Shown here: piece after piece, positions 1 through 10,895 of the stretch | How the letters are laid out: each line of letters begins with the position of its first letter | How positions within the stretch are numbered: the stretch's first letter is position 1 | Assembly: GCA_963789395.1 (NCBI GenBank) | Contig: CAWBKP010000020.1 | Span: 32,001 to 96,000 of the forward strand | Length of the DNA stretch: 64,000 nt | Origin: an uncultured delta proteobacterium | GTDB taxonomy: Bacteria > Desulfobacterota > Desulfobacteria > Desulfobacterales > Desulfatirhabdiaceae | Reading direction: 5' to 3' | The notes under the pieces: model-generated | Told to the model about the DNA's origin: nothing | Seen by the model: the letters and a program-made list of their open reading frames with translations, nothing else | The model's database searches: none | Position numbers and translations under genes: made by a program

Positions 1-1
1 C

Positions 2-817
2 CTCAGATTCGGGGCATTTGGCGATCAGGGGTTTACCGCGCCGGCGTATTTTAATTTTTATGGTTATGACAGCTCCGTCACATTGACGCCGGGCGGGGAT
101 GACGGGACAAATTCGTGTGATATCGGCTCCAACCAGAGCGTGAATTTATCAGATAACACCGAAGTATACGGGCATATCGGGCTTGGCGGCAATGGAACGG
201 TGGATGCGGTCTATAATCCATCCGGAAGCCCTGAGCCACAGATCCACGGGGAAGGCGATGCCGTCCGGACTCTCGGGCGGGTGGATCCAGACCCCTTGGG
301 GGTTTCCACCGGCGTTTATGCGCAAAAATTTAATTATTTTCGTGTGTTCAGTGATAACGGTATCATTCCGTCAGACCTGTTGCTTGAAACCGGCCAAACC
401 GTGACGTTGAGCGGAAGACCCGGCGGCGCCAACTACTATTTTACGAAAATTGAATTGAAGAGCGGTGCGGCCATGACGATCGACACTTCTGCAGGGCCGG
501 TTACTATTTATCTGTCCGGAGAATTGAACGGAAAAAACGGGATGATCACCCATGCAGGCGGTGATCCCAAGAAGTTCGCCATTTTTTCAGACACCGCCGC
601 GCCAGTATCATTATCGACTGCAAGCGCCTTTTATGGCGTTATCTATGCCCCGTATGCCTCCCTTGAAATAAATAACCACGAAGCGCTGTACGGCGCTATT
701 CTTGCCGGAGCGGTTGAAGTGAAAAACGCCGGAAATTTTTATTTTGACAGGGCGCTGAAAGACAAATATTTGACACAGGATGTGGTCATGTCGTCATGGG
801 TCGATGTTCGGAGATAG
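2..817 (+). CDS. C-terminal part of a pilus-associated (PilX/DUF7305-like) protein, truncated by the window edge
   Basis: Frame open from position 2 (LRFGAFGDQG...). Gly/Asn-rich beta-type C-terminus with FYGVIYAPYA...LYGAILAG...FYFDRAL, typical of the DUF7305-like tail of PilX-type proteins. Lies next to a pilin cluster. Confidence 0.55.
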   Translation, partial: LRFGAFGDQGFTAPAYFNFYGYDSSVTLTPGGDDGTNSCDIGSNQSVNLSDNTEVYGHIGLGGNGTVDAVYNPSGSPEPQIHGEGDAVRTLGRVDPDPLGVSTGVYAQKFNYFRVFSDNGIIPSDLLLETGQTVTLSGRPGGANYYFTKIELKSGAAMTIDTSAGPVTIYLSGELNGKNGMITHAGGDPKKFAIFSDTAAPVSLSTASAFYGVIYAPYASLEINNHEALYGAILAGAVEVKNAGNFYFDRALKDKYLTQDVVMSSWVDVRR

Positions 818-867
818 CAGCCCACCTCCCTCACTAAAGCCCGTTTAAGACCACCGCTGACAATCGG

Positions 868-897
868 TTGACATCCAACTCAGAAAAGGTCTATATT
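868..897 (+). promoter_or_regulatory. sigma70-type promoter of the first TA operon
   Basis: TTGACA (868-873), 18-bp spacer, TATATT (892-897), about 50 bp upstream of the antitoxin ATG. Confidence 0.6.
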
Positions 898-947
898 AAA
901 CATCAAAAATGGTATCAATATCTATGCATAACCTGACAGGAGGCTTA

Positions 948-1193
948 ATGAATACTGTCCTGGCAAATATCACAGTAAGTGTTACCGAGCTCAAGCGCAA
1001 TTTTGCCGGCATTCTCAAGGACGCTGATAACAGTCCGGTAGCAATCCTCAATCACAATCGACCAGAGGCTTATCTGTTGCCTGCATCCCATTACGAACAG
1101 CTGATGGCTTACATAGAGGACATGGAAGACGCTGCGCTGGTGTGTGAACGTGGCAATGGCCCATTCGTCGAGGTCGATTTGGATGAGCTATAA
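948..1193 (+). CDS. Type II antitoxin, Phd/YefM (StbD/YafN-like)
   Basis: SVTELKRN...PVAILNHNRPEAYL motif. AGGAGG Shine-Dalgarno (SD) before ATG 948. Overlaps the toxin start. Confidence 0.9.
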   Translation: MNTVLANITVSVTELKRNFAGILKDADNSPVAILNHNRPEAYLLPASHYEQLMAYIEDMEDAALVCERGNGPFVEVDLDEL

Positions 1194-1467
1194 GCTGCGC
1201 TTTCATGAACTCGCCCTTGATGAATGGCGCAAAATAGATGGCAGCGTGCGAGAACCATTAAAGAAAAAACTTGCTGAACGCTTGAAAAGCCCTCGTATTC
1301 CCTCTGCGGCTCTATCAGGTATGTCGAATTGCTACAAAATCAAAATGCGAAACACAGGGTATCGGTTGGTGTATCGCGTTGATGATGATATGGCGTTTGT
1401 GACAGTTATCGCCATAGGCAAGCGTGATAATCTTAAAGTGTATGACAAAGCAAAAACACGGTTGTGA
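1183..1467 (+). CDS. relE: Type II toxin, RelE/StbE family
   Basis: MSYKLRFHELALDEWRKID...CYKIKMRNTGYRLVYRVDD...VIAIGKRD, a canonical RelE/StbE sequence. Confidence 0.9.
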   Translation: MSYKLRFHELALDEWRKIDGSVREPLKKKLAERLKSPRIPSAALSGMSNCYKIKMRNTGYRLVYRVDDDMAFVTVIAIGKRDNLKVYDKAKTRL

Positions 1468-1521
1468 TGTCATCTCCGCTTCTTATCATTGAGTTTATAA
1501 AAATAGTCAAAGGAAGTTTAT

Positions 1522-1958
1522 ATGGCATTGATAAGAGTCAATCTTTCCCTTGAAAAAGAAGTTTGGATGTGCCTTTGATGCATTGGCTCCTAAAAGGAGT
1601 AAAAGTCGGATTATCAATCAGTTATTGAAGCAGGAAATTGATAAGTTGAACCATCAAAGAGAAATGGAAGTACTGGCTTCCGCTTTTAAACAGGCCGCAA
1701 ATGACAAAAAACGAAAAGAATCCCTTAAAGAATGGGAAAATATAGATTGCCCCGATTACTTCCATAATCGGAAAGTTGTATCCTTTTGAAATTTTTCTTA
1801 AAGCAGGCATTGGTGGCCTGGAATATGATTCAAAAATGATGCTGGATCAAATTCGAAGCATTGATAAACAAAGATTCATCAGAAAGCTGGGCTGTGTCGA
1901 CAAGTTGCTTTTAGTCGAAGCTTGCACAATTGCCCAAAAATTAATTGCAGTAAGATAA
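1522..1958 (+). pseudogene. Degenerate MazEF/PemIK-like TA locus (antitoxin joined to the C-terminal half of a MazF/PemK toxin)
   Basis: RHH-like antitoxin from ATG 1522 (MALIRVNLSLEKEV...SKSRIINQLLKQE...LKEWENID, one indel). It runs directly into IAPITS...LYPFE...GGLEYDSKMMLDQIRSIDKQRF (1746-1958), the MazF C-terminal half with no start codon or N-terminus. Confidence 0.75.
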
Positions 1959-2647
1959 TAACCGAGGATGGAAATTGACATTCAAACCGCTGTGATGGTT
2001 GCCAAATCATCTCAAAAAGAACACAGATCATCCCCGCGCCAATAAAGCTCCCCCACGATAAGTAATCCTGGAAACTCGATTCCCCTGCAACAAGCAGGCA
2101 AGATGCCAGCGCTGCCAGATGCAAATATAGTCGCAAAACTATAGATGCGAATCCTGCATATGCCAACAAGACAACCAAACAGCTTGCCGGAGACGTCCCA
2201 AGACGTTGCCGAATTCTTAGAGAGCTTGGCCTGATTCGTAAGCTTCTTAAACAAAATCGCTATCGCGTTACTTTGAGAGACTTTCAAATTGCGAAATCGA
2301 TCCTGGTTGTATTCACTGCATCTATCTATAAGCTTACAAAAATTGCTCCGCAAAAATGCTCTTTTTTCGAGTAGATAAATGTGATTCAGGCATATTTCGA
2401 AGAAATTAGAAAACTAGGAGATACCGGAATAATGTTTCCTGAAAAATGTCAAGATTAGAACAAATTATGTTCCAAAGCACAGAATAGCTTTGTCATGTTA
2501 TTGGGGTGTTTACCAAAGCAGATATGAAAATAGTTTGAATTCTGCCACCTGGATATTTTCAAAATAGCTATAATTATAAGATATTTTAATTAAATCTGCA
2601 CAAATAGGACCTGTTTTAATAATTAATCCGGCATTGATCTATAATTA

Positions 2648-2663
2648 TGGCATGATATTTGCA
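2648..2663 (+). promoter_or_regulatory. sigma54 (-24/-12) promoter of the minor-pilin operon
   Basis: TGGCATGATATTTGCA with exact GG-N10-GC spacing, 31 bp before the first pilin ATG, preceded by an AT-rich tract. Confidence 0.75.
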
Positions 2664-2693
2664 ATAAAATAATGCAATTTCAAGGAGAAAACA

Positions 2694-3145
2694 ATGAAAC
2701 GACAAGCCGGTTTTTCGCTTATTGAGCTGATGACTGTTATTGCCATTATTGGTATTCTTGCCGCAATTGCCACGCCCAACGTTTTTACCTGGGTGGCCAA
2801 CCAGAGATTTAACAGCGCGGTCCGGGATGTTGAGGCCTCTGTCCAGTCCATGCGATTGTTTGCAGTAAAACAAAACGCCCAGGCGACCATAACATTTACC
2901 AACGGCGCAAACACCTATCAGACCGATAAATGGAAACGCGGTTTGGGTAGCGGGACTGCTGCGCACGAGATAAAAACCCAGACGCTGCCGAGCGGAGTGA
3001 CGGTTTCTTCGAATTTTGCCGGCGGCGAGTTGATATTTAACAGTCAAGGGAATGGCCACCACGGCCGGAACAATAACCGTCACACGGGCACGGGAAATCC
3101 CTTAATATCATTGTCTCCTTAAATGGAAGCGCCAAGATTGGATAA
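2694..3145 (+). CDS. Type IV minor pilin, FimT/GspH-like (C-terminal indels)
   Basis: Class III signal MKRQAG|FSLIELMTVIAIIGILAAIA. The alternative frame continues ...KSLNIIVSLNGSAKIG* to 3145. Confidence 0.8.
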
Positions 3146-3180
3146 ATTTTACTATATTTCTTAGAGTTGGAAGACAAATC

Positions 3181-3842
3181 ATGTCAAAAAACAGTGGATT
3201 CTCACTCATCGAACTTCTGGTCGCGATGGCGATTCGTGCAATTGTCATGGCAGCCATTTTTTTGGCATACAAAGTCCAGGTGACAGGCAAAATCAGTCAG
3301 GAAAACACCCTCGACATGAACCAGGGTACCCGCGCCGGTCTCGAGCTGATGGCTTCCGATTTACGGATTGCCGGTTGTGATCCCACCGGAAACGCGGCTG
3401 CCGGATTTAAAACCGCGACTTCCACAGCTTTAGAAGTTACCATGGATATCAGCGGCGGGGGAAATACCGGAAATGAATTTGACGGCGTCATCAATCAACC
3501 AGGTGAAGACGTCCGGTACACTTTAACCGCCGGCAATATTATGCGGGAAAGAGTCGGCACCGACCCGGCAGGAGGGTTCCCGCTGGTCAGCAATGTGGAT
3601 GCGCTGAATTTTGTTTATCTGGATAAGAACAATGCCCCAACGGCGGATTTAACAGCCATCAAAAGCGTTCAAGTCTCTATCGTGATCCATTCGCCGAAGC
3701 GCAGGATTGACGCCCAACCTATACGAACAATAATTCTTATCTCAACCAGCAGGGGACTCAAATTTTAGCGCCTCCGAACGACACATTACGCCGGATCGAG
3801 TTGTCTACAACCGTCCAGTGCCGGAATATGGGCGGATATTAA
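3181..3842 (+). CDS. pilW: Type IV minor pilin, PilW family (C-terminal indel)
   Basis: G|FSLIELLVAM, MNQGTRAGLELMASDLRIAGCDP and IKSVQVSI motifs. The shifted frame ends ...RRIELSTTVQCRNMGGY* at 3842. Confidence 0.75.
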
Positions 3843-3859
3843 ACATAAAGGACAATGCT

Positions 3860-4323
3860 ATGAACTACAGGCCGGTTAATCGCATGAACGATCAGGCAGG
3901 GTTCACCCTTATCGAGGTGCTCATCGCATTAGCTGTTTTTTCCATCGGATTCATGGCGGTCGGTGCGCTGCAAACAAAAGCGCTGACAACAGTGACGTCT
4001 TCACAAACGAAGACCCTCGGCATGCAAGCCTTAAACGCACAGGTTGAACTGCTGAAGCAGACGCCGTTGTATGCGACCGATATCTGGCGTGGGGGGCTTT
4101 TGTCATGTCCGGTTTATTTGCTGCGCCGGTTCCAGTGGTAAACGGTGAATTTACGGTTTCCTGGCTCACCAGTAATCCGCGAACGATTCCAAACAGATGG
4201 ACGCTTGCGCCCGCCAATCTTGTGATTTCCCAAGATGTAACGGTTACCCTTGCCAGGACTGCGGAACCAGGTAAAATCCTTAATACCGTGGAGTTTGTCA
4301 AATACTGGGTAACTGACAATTAA
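3860..4323 (+). CDS. pilV: Type IV minor pilin, PilV family (one indel near 4100)
   Basis: G|FTLIEVLIALAVFSIGFMAVGALQ is the PilV signature. Continues in ORF 4105-4323. Confidence 0.8.
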
Positions 4324-4363
4324 TTAAAAGCTTTATTTTTAAAAGAAAATATAGGGACCTTGC

Positions 4364-5065
4364 ATGCGACATTTATTTTTGACAGCCTGGCGCAAAATAA
4401 GAAAACAGATTGAAAGACCGCTGCAAAATCAGGACGGTTCGGTGATTCTGGTTGCCTTGATACTCCTTTTGGCCATGAGCATCATCGGGTTTTCAGCAGG
4501 CCAAACGTCGATATCAGAATCCTACATTCTCCGCAACACGGCCATTCATACCCAGAACATCAGTCTTTTGGAGTCTGCTGCGTTATCGTTAGCCGAAAGG
4601 GTGCTCATTGATATCCCTGATCCGGCGGCGCCCTTCCTGTCGCAAAGTTCATCCATTCGGGAATCTTATATCATCAGAACGGCGGACTGGAATGACCCGG
4701 GACTAAATGACGGTATCAGCTTAAATGACGTCTGGTATAATGCCGGCGCAGGCGGCGCCGGCCGGGTGCTGTCATCAGCAGATGGGACCACGTTTCCGCA
4801 ATGGGTAGCGCCCGCGCAATGGGTACCCCCCGTGGGGACGCCCGATTCCAATTGCCTCAATAATTTATCATTGATTTATAATACCAGAGGGGAGGCGCCG
4901 GCCATCGCCCCGATGCGAGTGGCGCTTGTCGGCTGGGTGTCAGCCCCGGGAAGTTCCCTGAAAGGCACCAAAGCCACGCCAAAAGTAGGCACGGTGATGG
5001 CTGAGTATGTTTCTCCCGATAACGGCATGATGCGGCTGGTAGTTGGTATTCGACGCGAGTTTTGA
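4364..5065 (+). CDS. pilX: PilX-family pilus assembly protein
   Basis: QDG|SVILVALILLLAMSIIG: prepilin-like N-terminus lacking Glu5, as in PilX. Sits between pilV and pilY1. Confidence 0.75.
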   Translation: MRHLFLTAWRKIRKQIERPLQNQDGSVILVALILLLAMSIIGFSAGQTSISESYILRNTAIHTQNISLLESAALSLAERVLIDIPDPAAPFLSQSSSIRESYIIRTADWNDPGLNDGISLNDVWYNAGAGGAGRVLSSADGTTFPQWVAPAQWVPPVGTPDSNCLNNLSLIYNTRGEAPAIAPMRVALVGWVSAPGSSLKGTKATPKVGTVMAEYVSPDNGMMRLVVGIRREF

Positions 5066-5088
5066 ACTTATTAAAAGGCAGGTAAAAT

Positions 5089-8000
5089 ATGAGGTTGGAA
5101 TCAATTCGTCGTCTTAGATGCGCCCGGTTGTTTGCATGGGCATTATGCTATACCTTGATATTTACCGGCAGCGGTCCAGCATGGGCGGGGGTCTGCAGCA
5201 CGGCGGACCTGGCCGATGTTCCCCTGGAGCTGATGAACGGCAGCGTGAAAGTGCCGTCGATTCTGATGATTTCCCTGGATAATTCGGATACCATGGATTA
5301 CGATGTCATGACCAATGCAAATACCGCCACAAATGGATTTACCATCGGCGGAACTGAGTACGATTATGTGTTCACCGGCGCAAATGCTACCGGTGGTACC
5401 GCCATAGAAGGGGTTGCCGCGGTCAGAAATGCCTGGCAGTCCCAGTGCCACTTGTATAATAAGATGTTTTTCAATCCTTCTGTGACCTATACGCCGTGGC
5501 CGACCGTTGCCGGAATGGGTTTTACCGAAACCGACTCGAACGTGAATACCCCGAAGTGGGACCCCCGAAACGGGGGCAGCGGCTCATACGACTTGACACA
5601 GCCCTGGGGGGGAACAGGGGCGACGATACAATATACAACAACAGGTACTGCCGACCCAACGGTCATTATAAATCTTTCCAACTTCAATCCTGGATCTGGT
5701 ACCTGGGTGTCAGGCACCTATACTTACCCCCAGGACCCCTCTTACAATGCCGGCTATTATACGACTGGCACGTATGCAGCCGGCAGTACCGCCATCGATT
5801 TTACATTTACCGCGTCGAATCAGGTCACGTCAGGTATTAACAGTTCAGTTGACTATGACGTGTATGCCAGGTGGCCGCCATCAGGTTGCGGCGCCGCTGT
5901 CACCTATCAAATCGCCAATGCGGGGACCGTTCTCTTTATCGGGTCCATAAACCAAAGCACGCCAACCAATGGGAGCTGGGTGCAACTGAATCCCGCAACC
6001 ACCCCCTACAAATTTACGAGCGGCACGGCAACAGCTTCGGTGAGCCAGACCTATCCAGTTGCAAAAAATAAATCATTTACCTTCGGTTGTTCCGCCACGA
6101 ACCCGATGTACGCGGCCCAAGTTAAATTTGTGCCGCGAGGACCAAGCTACACCCTCACCCGCCGGCATTTTTATATGGTCAGCACGGACGCTGGTACCAG
6201 CGGGGTCCCCTACCTGATAGACATTAACGATGCGAATACCGCCCATTTTTTCAAGCTCGTCGACGCCAACACCAATGGCATTGGCGACCCCGGCGAATAC
6301 CAGATGGTCACATATGCCGAACTGCCGTCGAATGTCAAGGCGCTAATCCCCGCGCCTGCGGCCAACGCGTATTCGACCCTGCTCCAGAGTTATGCCAACT
6401 GGGTGACCTATGGCCGCAAACGCATATCCGCTGCCATAAATGCCGTGGCGATGCTGGTCACGGGCAGTTCATTCACCAATATGCTGGTGGGCATGCTGAC
6501 CAGCCCCCCGAGCAGCCAGACGGGTAAAATCGGACCCGTATGGATCAAAACGACGTTCAACAGTATTTACTATGACATGACCGCAAATTTTTTAACAAGC
6601 CTCTATACCCTCCCCGATCCCCATTCAAACCGCGGGTTTTCCGAGGACATCACGGATCTTGGTGATTACATTAAGAAAAACGGTGGCACAATTGCCAACA
6701 ACAACGACAAAGTTTATATCACCACTCCGGGGTATGCCAGCAAAACCACCTATCCTTATTTTCTTGAAAAATATGGCGGAAGCTGCCAGGCAGCCTATGC
6801 CCTGATGATTACAGACGGCGCCAGCCCGAGTACTGCAAGCATCAAGAATTATGACGGCGGGGCGATAATCGGCTGCGGGCCTTATAACTGCGGCATATTC
6901 GGCGACAGCTTTGAGAAGACGGCCGCGGACGGCGCCATGCAATTTTATGCGGCGGATTTGAACGCCAGTTTAAGCAATAATGTGCCCACCAATTATATTG
7001 ACAAAAACTCCATGCAGCACATGGTTACTTACGCGTTGACCTTTGGTGCGAGCGGTCCGCTGTATAAAGCCAATCCCACTTTTAATGCGCTTGTCTGCAG
7101 CAACTCCGGGGAATACCTGCATGGCGGGCGCTACATGCCCGACATGGACGAACCCCGGAAGCGGCGGCAGCGTTCTGGATGACCTCTGGCATGCCACGGT
7201 CAACGGCCGGGGATTATTCATGTATGCGGACAATCCCCAGCAACTGCTGCAGCAACTGCTGTTGATCAAGGCCGATATTGACCGCCGGACGGGAACAGCC
7301 GCCGCGGTCACCACGAACTCGGTCCAGCGACAGGTCGGCACCAAGATTTACCAGGGAATGTATAACTCCGAAACCTGGTGGGGCGATCTGATTGCCATGC
7401 CCATGGATGTGGCAACCGGCGGGGTCGGCATACAGCAATGGTCGGCCAGGGATCAGTTGACGCCAAAGATTATACCACCCGGAAAGTATTCACCGCCTAT
7501 GCAGGAGCGGGGGATGGACGTTTAACACCACAAACGCCGGCCACTATTCGCTCGCAGCCGATCAGGTGAACTATATCCTGGGCGATGATTCCAATGAACA
7601 ACCCAGTGCGGCATTTTCCGGAAGCGGCTTTATAAAGATGCCAACAATGTGGTGCATCATTATAAACTCGGTGATATCGCTCACTCCGAGACCGTATTAT
7701 TATAACGGAGTGGTTTATATCGGCGCCAATGACGGCATGCTGCACGCATTTGATTCGGAAACCGGAAACGAATTGTTCGCCTATATCCCGAGCGGTTCAG
7801 AACAACCTGTGGCAGCTGACTGACCCTGGTTTTGCGAATAGCCACATCATGTATGTCGACGGCTCCCCTAGTGTTTCGACGAATCTGGCCGGCGACCGTG
7901 ACGTATCTGGCCTGCGGACTCGGCAAGGGCGGCAAAGGGGTTTTCTGCCTGAAGGTCGATAAAGCAGAAAGCTCGTCAGTTTCCGCATCGGATATTTTTA

Positions 8001-9159
8001 ACTGGGAATATAATGCGCAAAATCATCCAGCGGATACCGAACTGGGGTATGTCTACGGTCAGGCATATGTGGCCCGGACTAACAGCGGGCAGACGGTGGT
8101 GATTTTCGGCAACGGGTATGCAAGCACGTCCCAAAAGTCAGCTCTGTATATTCTGAACGCCGTTAACGGGCAGGTAATCAGGAAATTTGATACCGGTCGT
8201 TGTCAGGCTGCAACGGGATGTCTTCGCCGGCGTTGATCGATTATAATGCCGATGGTATCATCGATTATGTCTATGCCGGGGATTTAAAGGGCAATCTCTG
8301 GAAATTTGACCTGACAAGCAGCAATTCGGGTAACTGGACTATTTCTTATGGCGGAAATCCCCTGTTTATGGCATGGGATGCTACCGGCAACCCTCAACCG
8401 ATCACAAGCGAACCCGATGTCATGCGGCAGTGTAAGACAACGCTCACCGGCACAAATGTGCTTTTCGGCACCGGTCAATATTTAGGCGTTCCGGATTTGA
8501 GCAGTAGCCAATCTCAGGCCATCTACGGCATTTACGACTGGGCGTTTGATTTGCAGGCGGCATCTGTTAGTCCGGCGAGTTACTACCTGGGTCATTTTAT
8601 GCCCGGCGGCGCGCTCTCACATGTTCCGATCCCTGCGGGAGCTTCCGCCAAGCCCAAGCTGCTGGAGCAGACCTTGGTGGAAGATGCCGACAATTACAGA
8701 CTGCTGTCCAGCAACGCGATGACTTATTACGATCCCCACGTTGCCTCTCAGACGTGGCAAACCTATGTGGGATGGTATTTTTTGTTGCCGGGGGCATCCG
8801 AGCGCGTGGTTCAGGACGTTCTTATCCGTGACAAAATTGTGTATGTTGTTTCCAATACCCTCAATGCATCATTGTGCTCAGGCGGCGGCGGAAGTTATAT
8901 TTATGCACTTGATGCCTGCAACGGCGGGACTTCGGGTGCTCCGCAGTTTGAAATTAGCGGTGACAACGTGCTCGATTCAAACGACAATGCGGTGTTTAGC
9001 ACCCCCGCTCCGCCAACCGCAATGTATTTTGATACAACAATGTATGCCCCGTTTGCTCTGGATAACTTTTTATACATTCCTGATACGTTTGGCAATCTCA
9101 ATGGCATACAGATAAAATCCAAACCGTCCGGGATGTATTACTGGCGGATAATAGAATAA
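5089..9159 (+). CDS. pilY1: PilY1/PilC type IV pilus tip adhesin (about 5 indels)
   Basis: Signal peptide, then LDNSD, ALMITDG and QHMVTYALTFG (vWA-like region). PilC beta-propeller motifs follow: DDLWHATVNGRG, VYIGANDGMLHAFD, GNELFAYIP, YVDGSP, VIFGNGY, YVYAGDLKGNLWKFDL, FGTGQYL, GWYFLL. Confidence 0.88.
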
Positions 9160-9222
9160 ACGTGTTTCATGTTCTCCCGCATTTGGCGGGGGAACAAGAA
9201 TAAACGATTTGGGAGAGCGTAA

Positions 9223-9882
9223 ATGAATCGATCTGTATGGATACTTATCTGTGCGTTGCTGTTCATGACGACGCAAGCCGGTATGGCCGGAGAAATTTAC
9301 AAGTACACGGATAAAAGCGGCAACCGGATATTTACGGATGATATTTCAAAGGTTCCCAAAGAACGCCAAGCGGAAATGAAAACGATTCAATCCATTGATT
9401 CAGCCCCCTCAGTGGTAACTCAAGACCAAACGAGTGCTCTTGAGTCTTCCCGGCAGCCGGATTCAATATCTACGGAAGGCGCGCGGACGCCTTCAGATGA
9501 AACCACAGGCGAAACCGGACAGGACGGTCAAACGAAGAACACGTCTTTGGTGCCGGACCAATCAAAATCTCAGGAAGCGCTGAAAGCATCGGAATACCAG
9601 ACTTTGAGAGACCAGTTTGAAAAGGAAAAAAAGCGATTAGATCAGCAGGCGATCCAGTTGCAAACGGAGAAGGAACAGTTAAGCGATACAGATTTGAAAA
9701 ACATGACCAAAAAGGAGATAGATGAGTTAGAGGAAAAGCAAACAAATTTAAATGCTCGAATCGACCAGTTAAAAATTGATCAAAGCCAATTATTAGAACG
9801 GGTGCGCCAGTTTAATGAACGCATCAAAATCAGGCAGACGGGAAAACCGGAACAAACCAACAATTCGTCCCCGAATACGTGA
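9223..9882 (+). CDS. Secreted DUF4124-like protein with C-terminal coiled coil
   Basis: Signal peptide followed by EIYKYTDKSGNRIFTDD (DUF4124 motif); E/Q/K-rich heptads in the C-terminal half. Confidence 0.75.
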   Translation: MNRSVWILICALLFMTTQAGMAGEIYKYTDKSGNRIFTDDISKVPKERQAEMKTIQSIDSAPSVVTQDQTSALESSRQPDSISTEGARTPSDETTGETGQDGQTKNTSLVPDQSKSQEALKASEYQTLRDQFEKEKKRLDQQAIQLQTEKEQLSDTDLKNMTKKEIDELEEKQTNLNARIDQLKIDQSQLLERVRQFNERIKIRQTGKPEQTNNSSPNT

Positions 9883-10138
9883 TCCAAGGTTCATCTGCGA
9901 AGGGATGGCCGGTAAAATTCGCGTCGATAGGCGGACGCTTTTGACACCGGCCTGAAAAAGCAACTGGCTCCGCCGCCTCAACCTCCCAAACTATTATCCC
10001 CTTAAGCCCGGCCTGACGCCACAAAAATCAGCTGCACTGCATTACTCATCCGAATCCGCAAGCTTCTATCTATTCTCGAGTGTTTATGAGAGATTGTCAT
10101 CAATCTCATTTCAGCTTGATTTTTCTCTTTATGTTGTG

Positions 10139-10159
10139 TTACACGTAAATTACGTGTAA
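10139..10159. promoter_or_regulatory. Palindromic operator of the vapBC-like operon
   Basis: Perfect 10-bp inverted repeat TTACACGTAA-A-TTACGTGTAA just upstream of the AAGGAGG SD of the antitoxin. Confidence 0.7.
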
Positions 10160-10174
10160 TAAGGAGGTTGTACC

Positions 10175-10408
10175 TTGAAACAAAATATTACCATCAGTCT
10201 TGATAAGGATCTGATCCAGGCCGGTAAGGTGATCGCCGCACAGCAGGGGACTTCACTGAATCGAATGTTACGTATGGAACTGGAAAGAATCATCCGGAAT
10301 TTGAGGCAATACGACATGGCGAAACAGAGGGCTATCGCTGCAATGAAGAAAGGCTTTCATTCAGGGACGGCCTGCTACCCTTCCAGGGACGAGCTTCATG
10401 AACGATAG
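10175..10408 (+). CDS. VapB-like antitoxin (RHH/CopG-like)
   Basis: TTG start after AAGGAGG; KQNITISLDKDLI...GTSLNRML; ends SRDELHER and overlaps the PIN toxin. Confidence 0.8.
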   Translation: MKQNITISLDKDLIQAGKVIAAQQGTSLNRMLRMELERIIRNLRQYDMAKQRAIAAMKKGFHSGTACYPSRDELHER

Positions 10409-10817
10409 AATATTTGTGGATACCAATATTCTCGTTTATGCATATGACTTGAGCGCCGGGGAGCGCCATGACAGGGCATCCGCCATCATCATCGGTCTTT
10501 GGGAAGCGGAAACAGGGGTTGTCAGCACTCAGGTTCTTCAGGAATTTTATGTAACCATCACATACAAAATCAAGCTTCCGTTAAATCCTGCTGAAGCGCG
10601 GGAAATTATCCGGAACTACCTTGCCTGGCCTGTTCAGGTCAATGATCCGGAGATGACGCTTCTGGCTTCTGAAATACAAGAAAAGTACAGAATCTCTTTT
10701 TGGGACGCGCTGATCGTGGCGGCTGCCCTTCGGCTGCAGGCAAATAAAATAATCACGGAAGACCTGAATCACGGCCAGATCATCGAGAGCATCCTGGTTG
10801 AAAATCCGTTTGTGTGA
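10398..10817 (+). CDS. vapC: PIN-domain VapC toxin
   Basis: FVDTNILVY, STQVLQEFY, SFWDALIVAAA, TEDLNHGQ...NPF motifs. Confidence 0.9.
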   Translation: MNDRIFVDTNILVYAYDLSAGERHDRASAIIIGLWEAETGVVSTQVLQEFYVTITYKIKLPLNPAEAREIIRNYLAWPVQVNDPEMTLLASEIQEKYRISFWDALIVAAALRLQANKIITEDLNHGQIIESILVENPFV

Positions 10818-10895
10818 AAATACTTCGGCAGAAAAGAGGTTTGTCATGAAGAAGAACTGTAGAAGTGCCGCATTTCCCTGCAGGGTATGTAATTT

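Noticed and set aside
9883..10130. Possible sRNA or gene remnant between the DUF4124-like gene and vapBC
   Set aside because: No convincing ORF, repeat or stable structure that I could identify.
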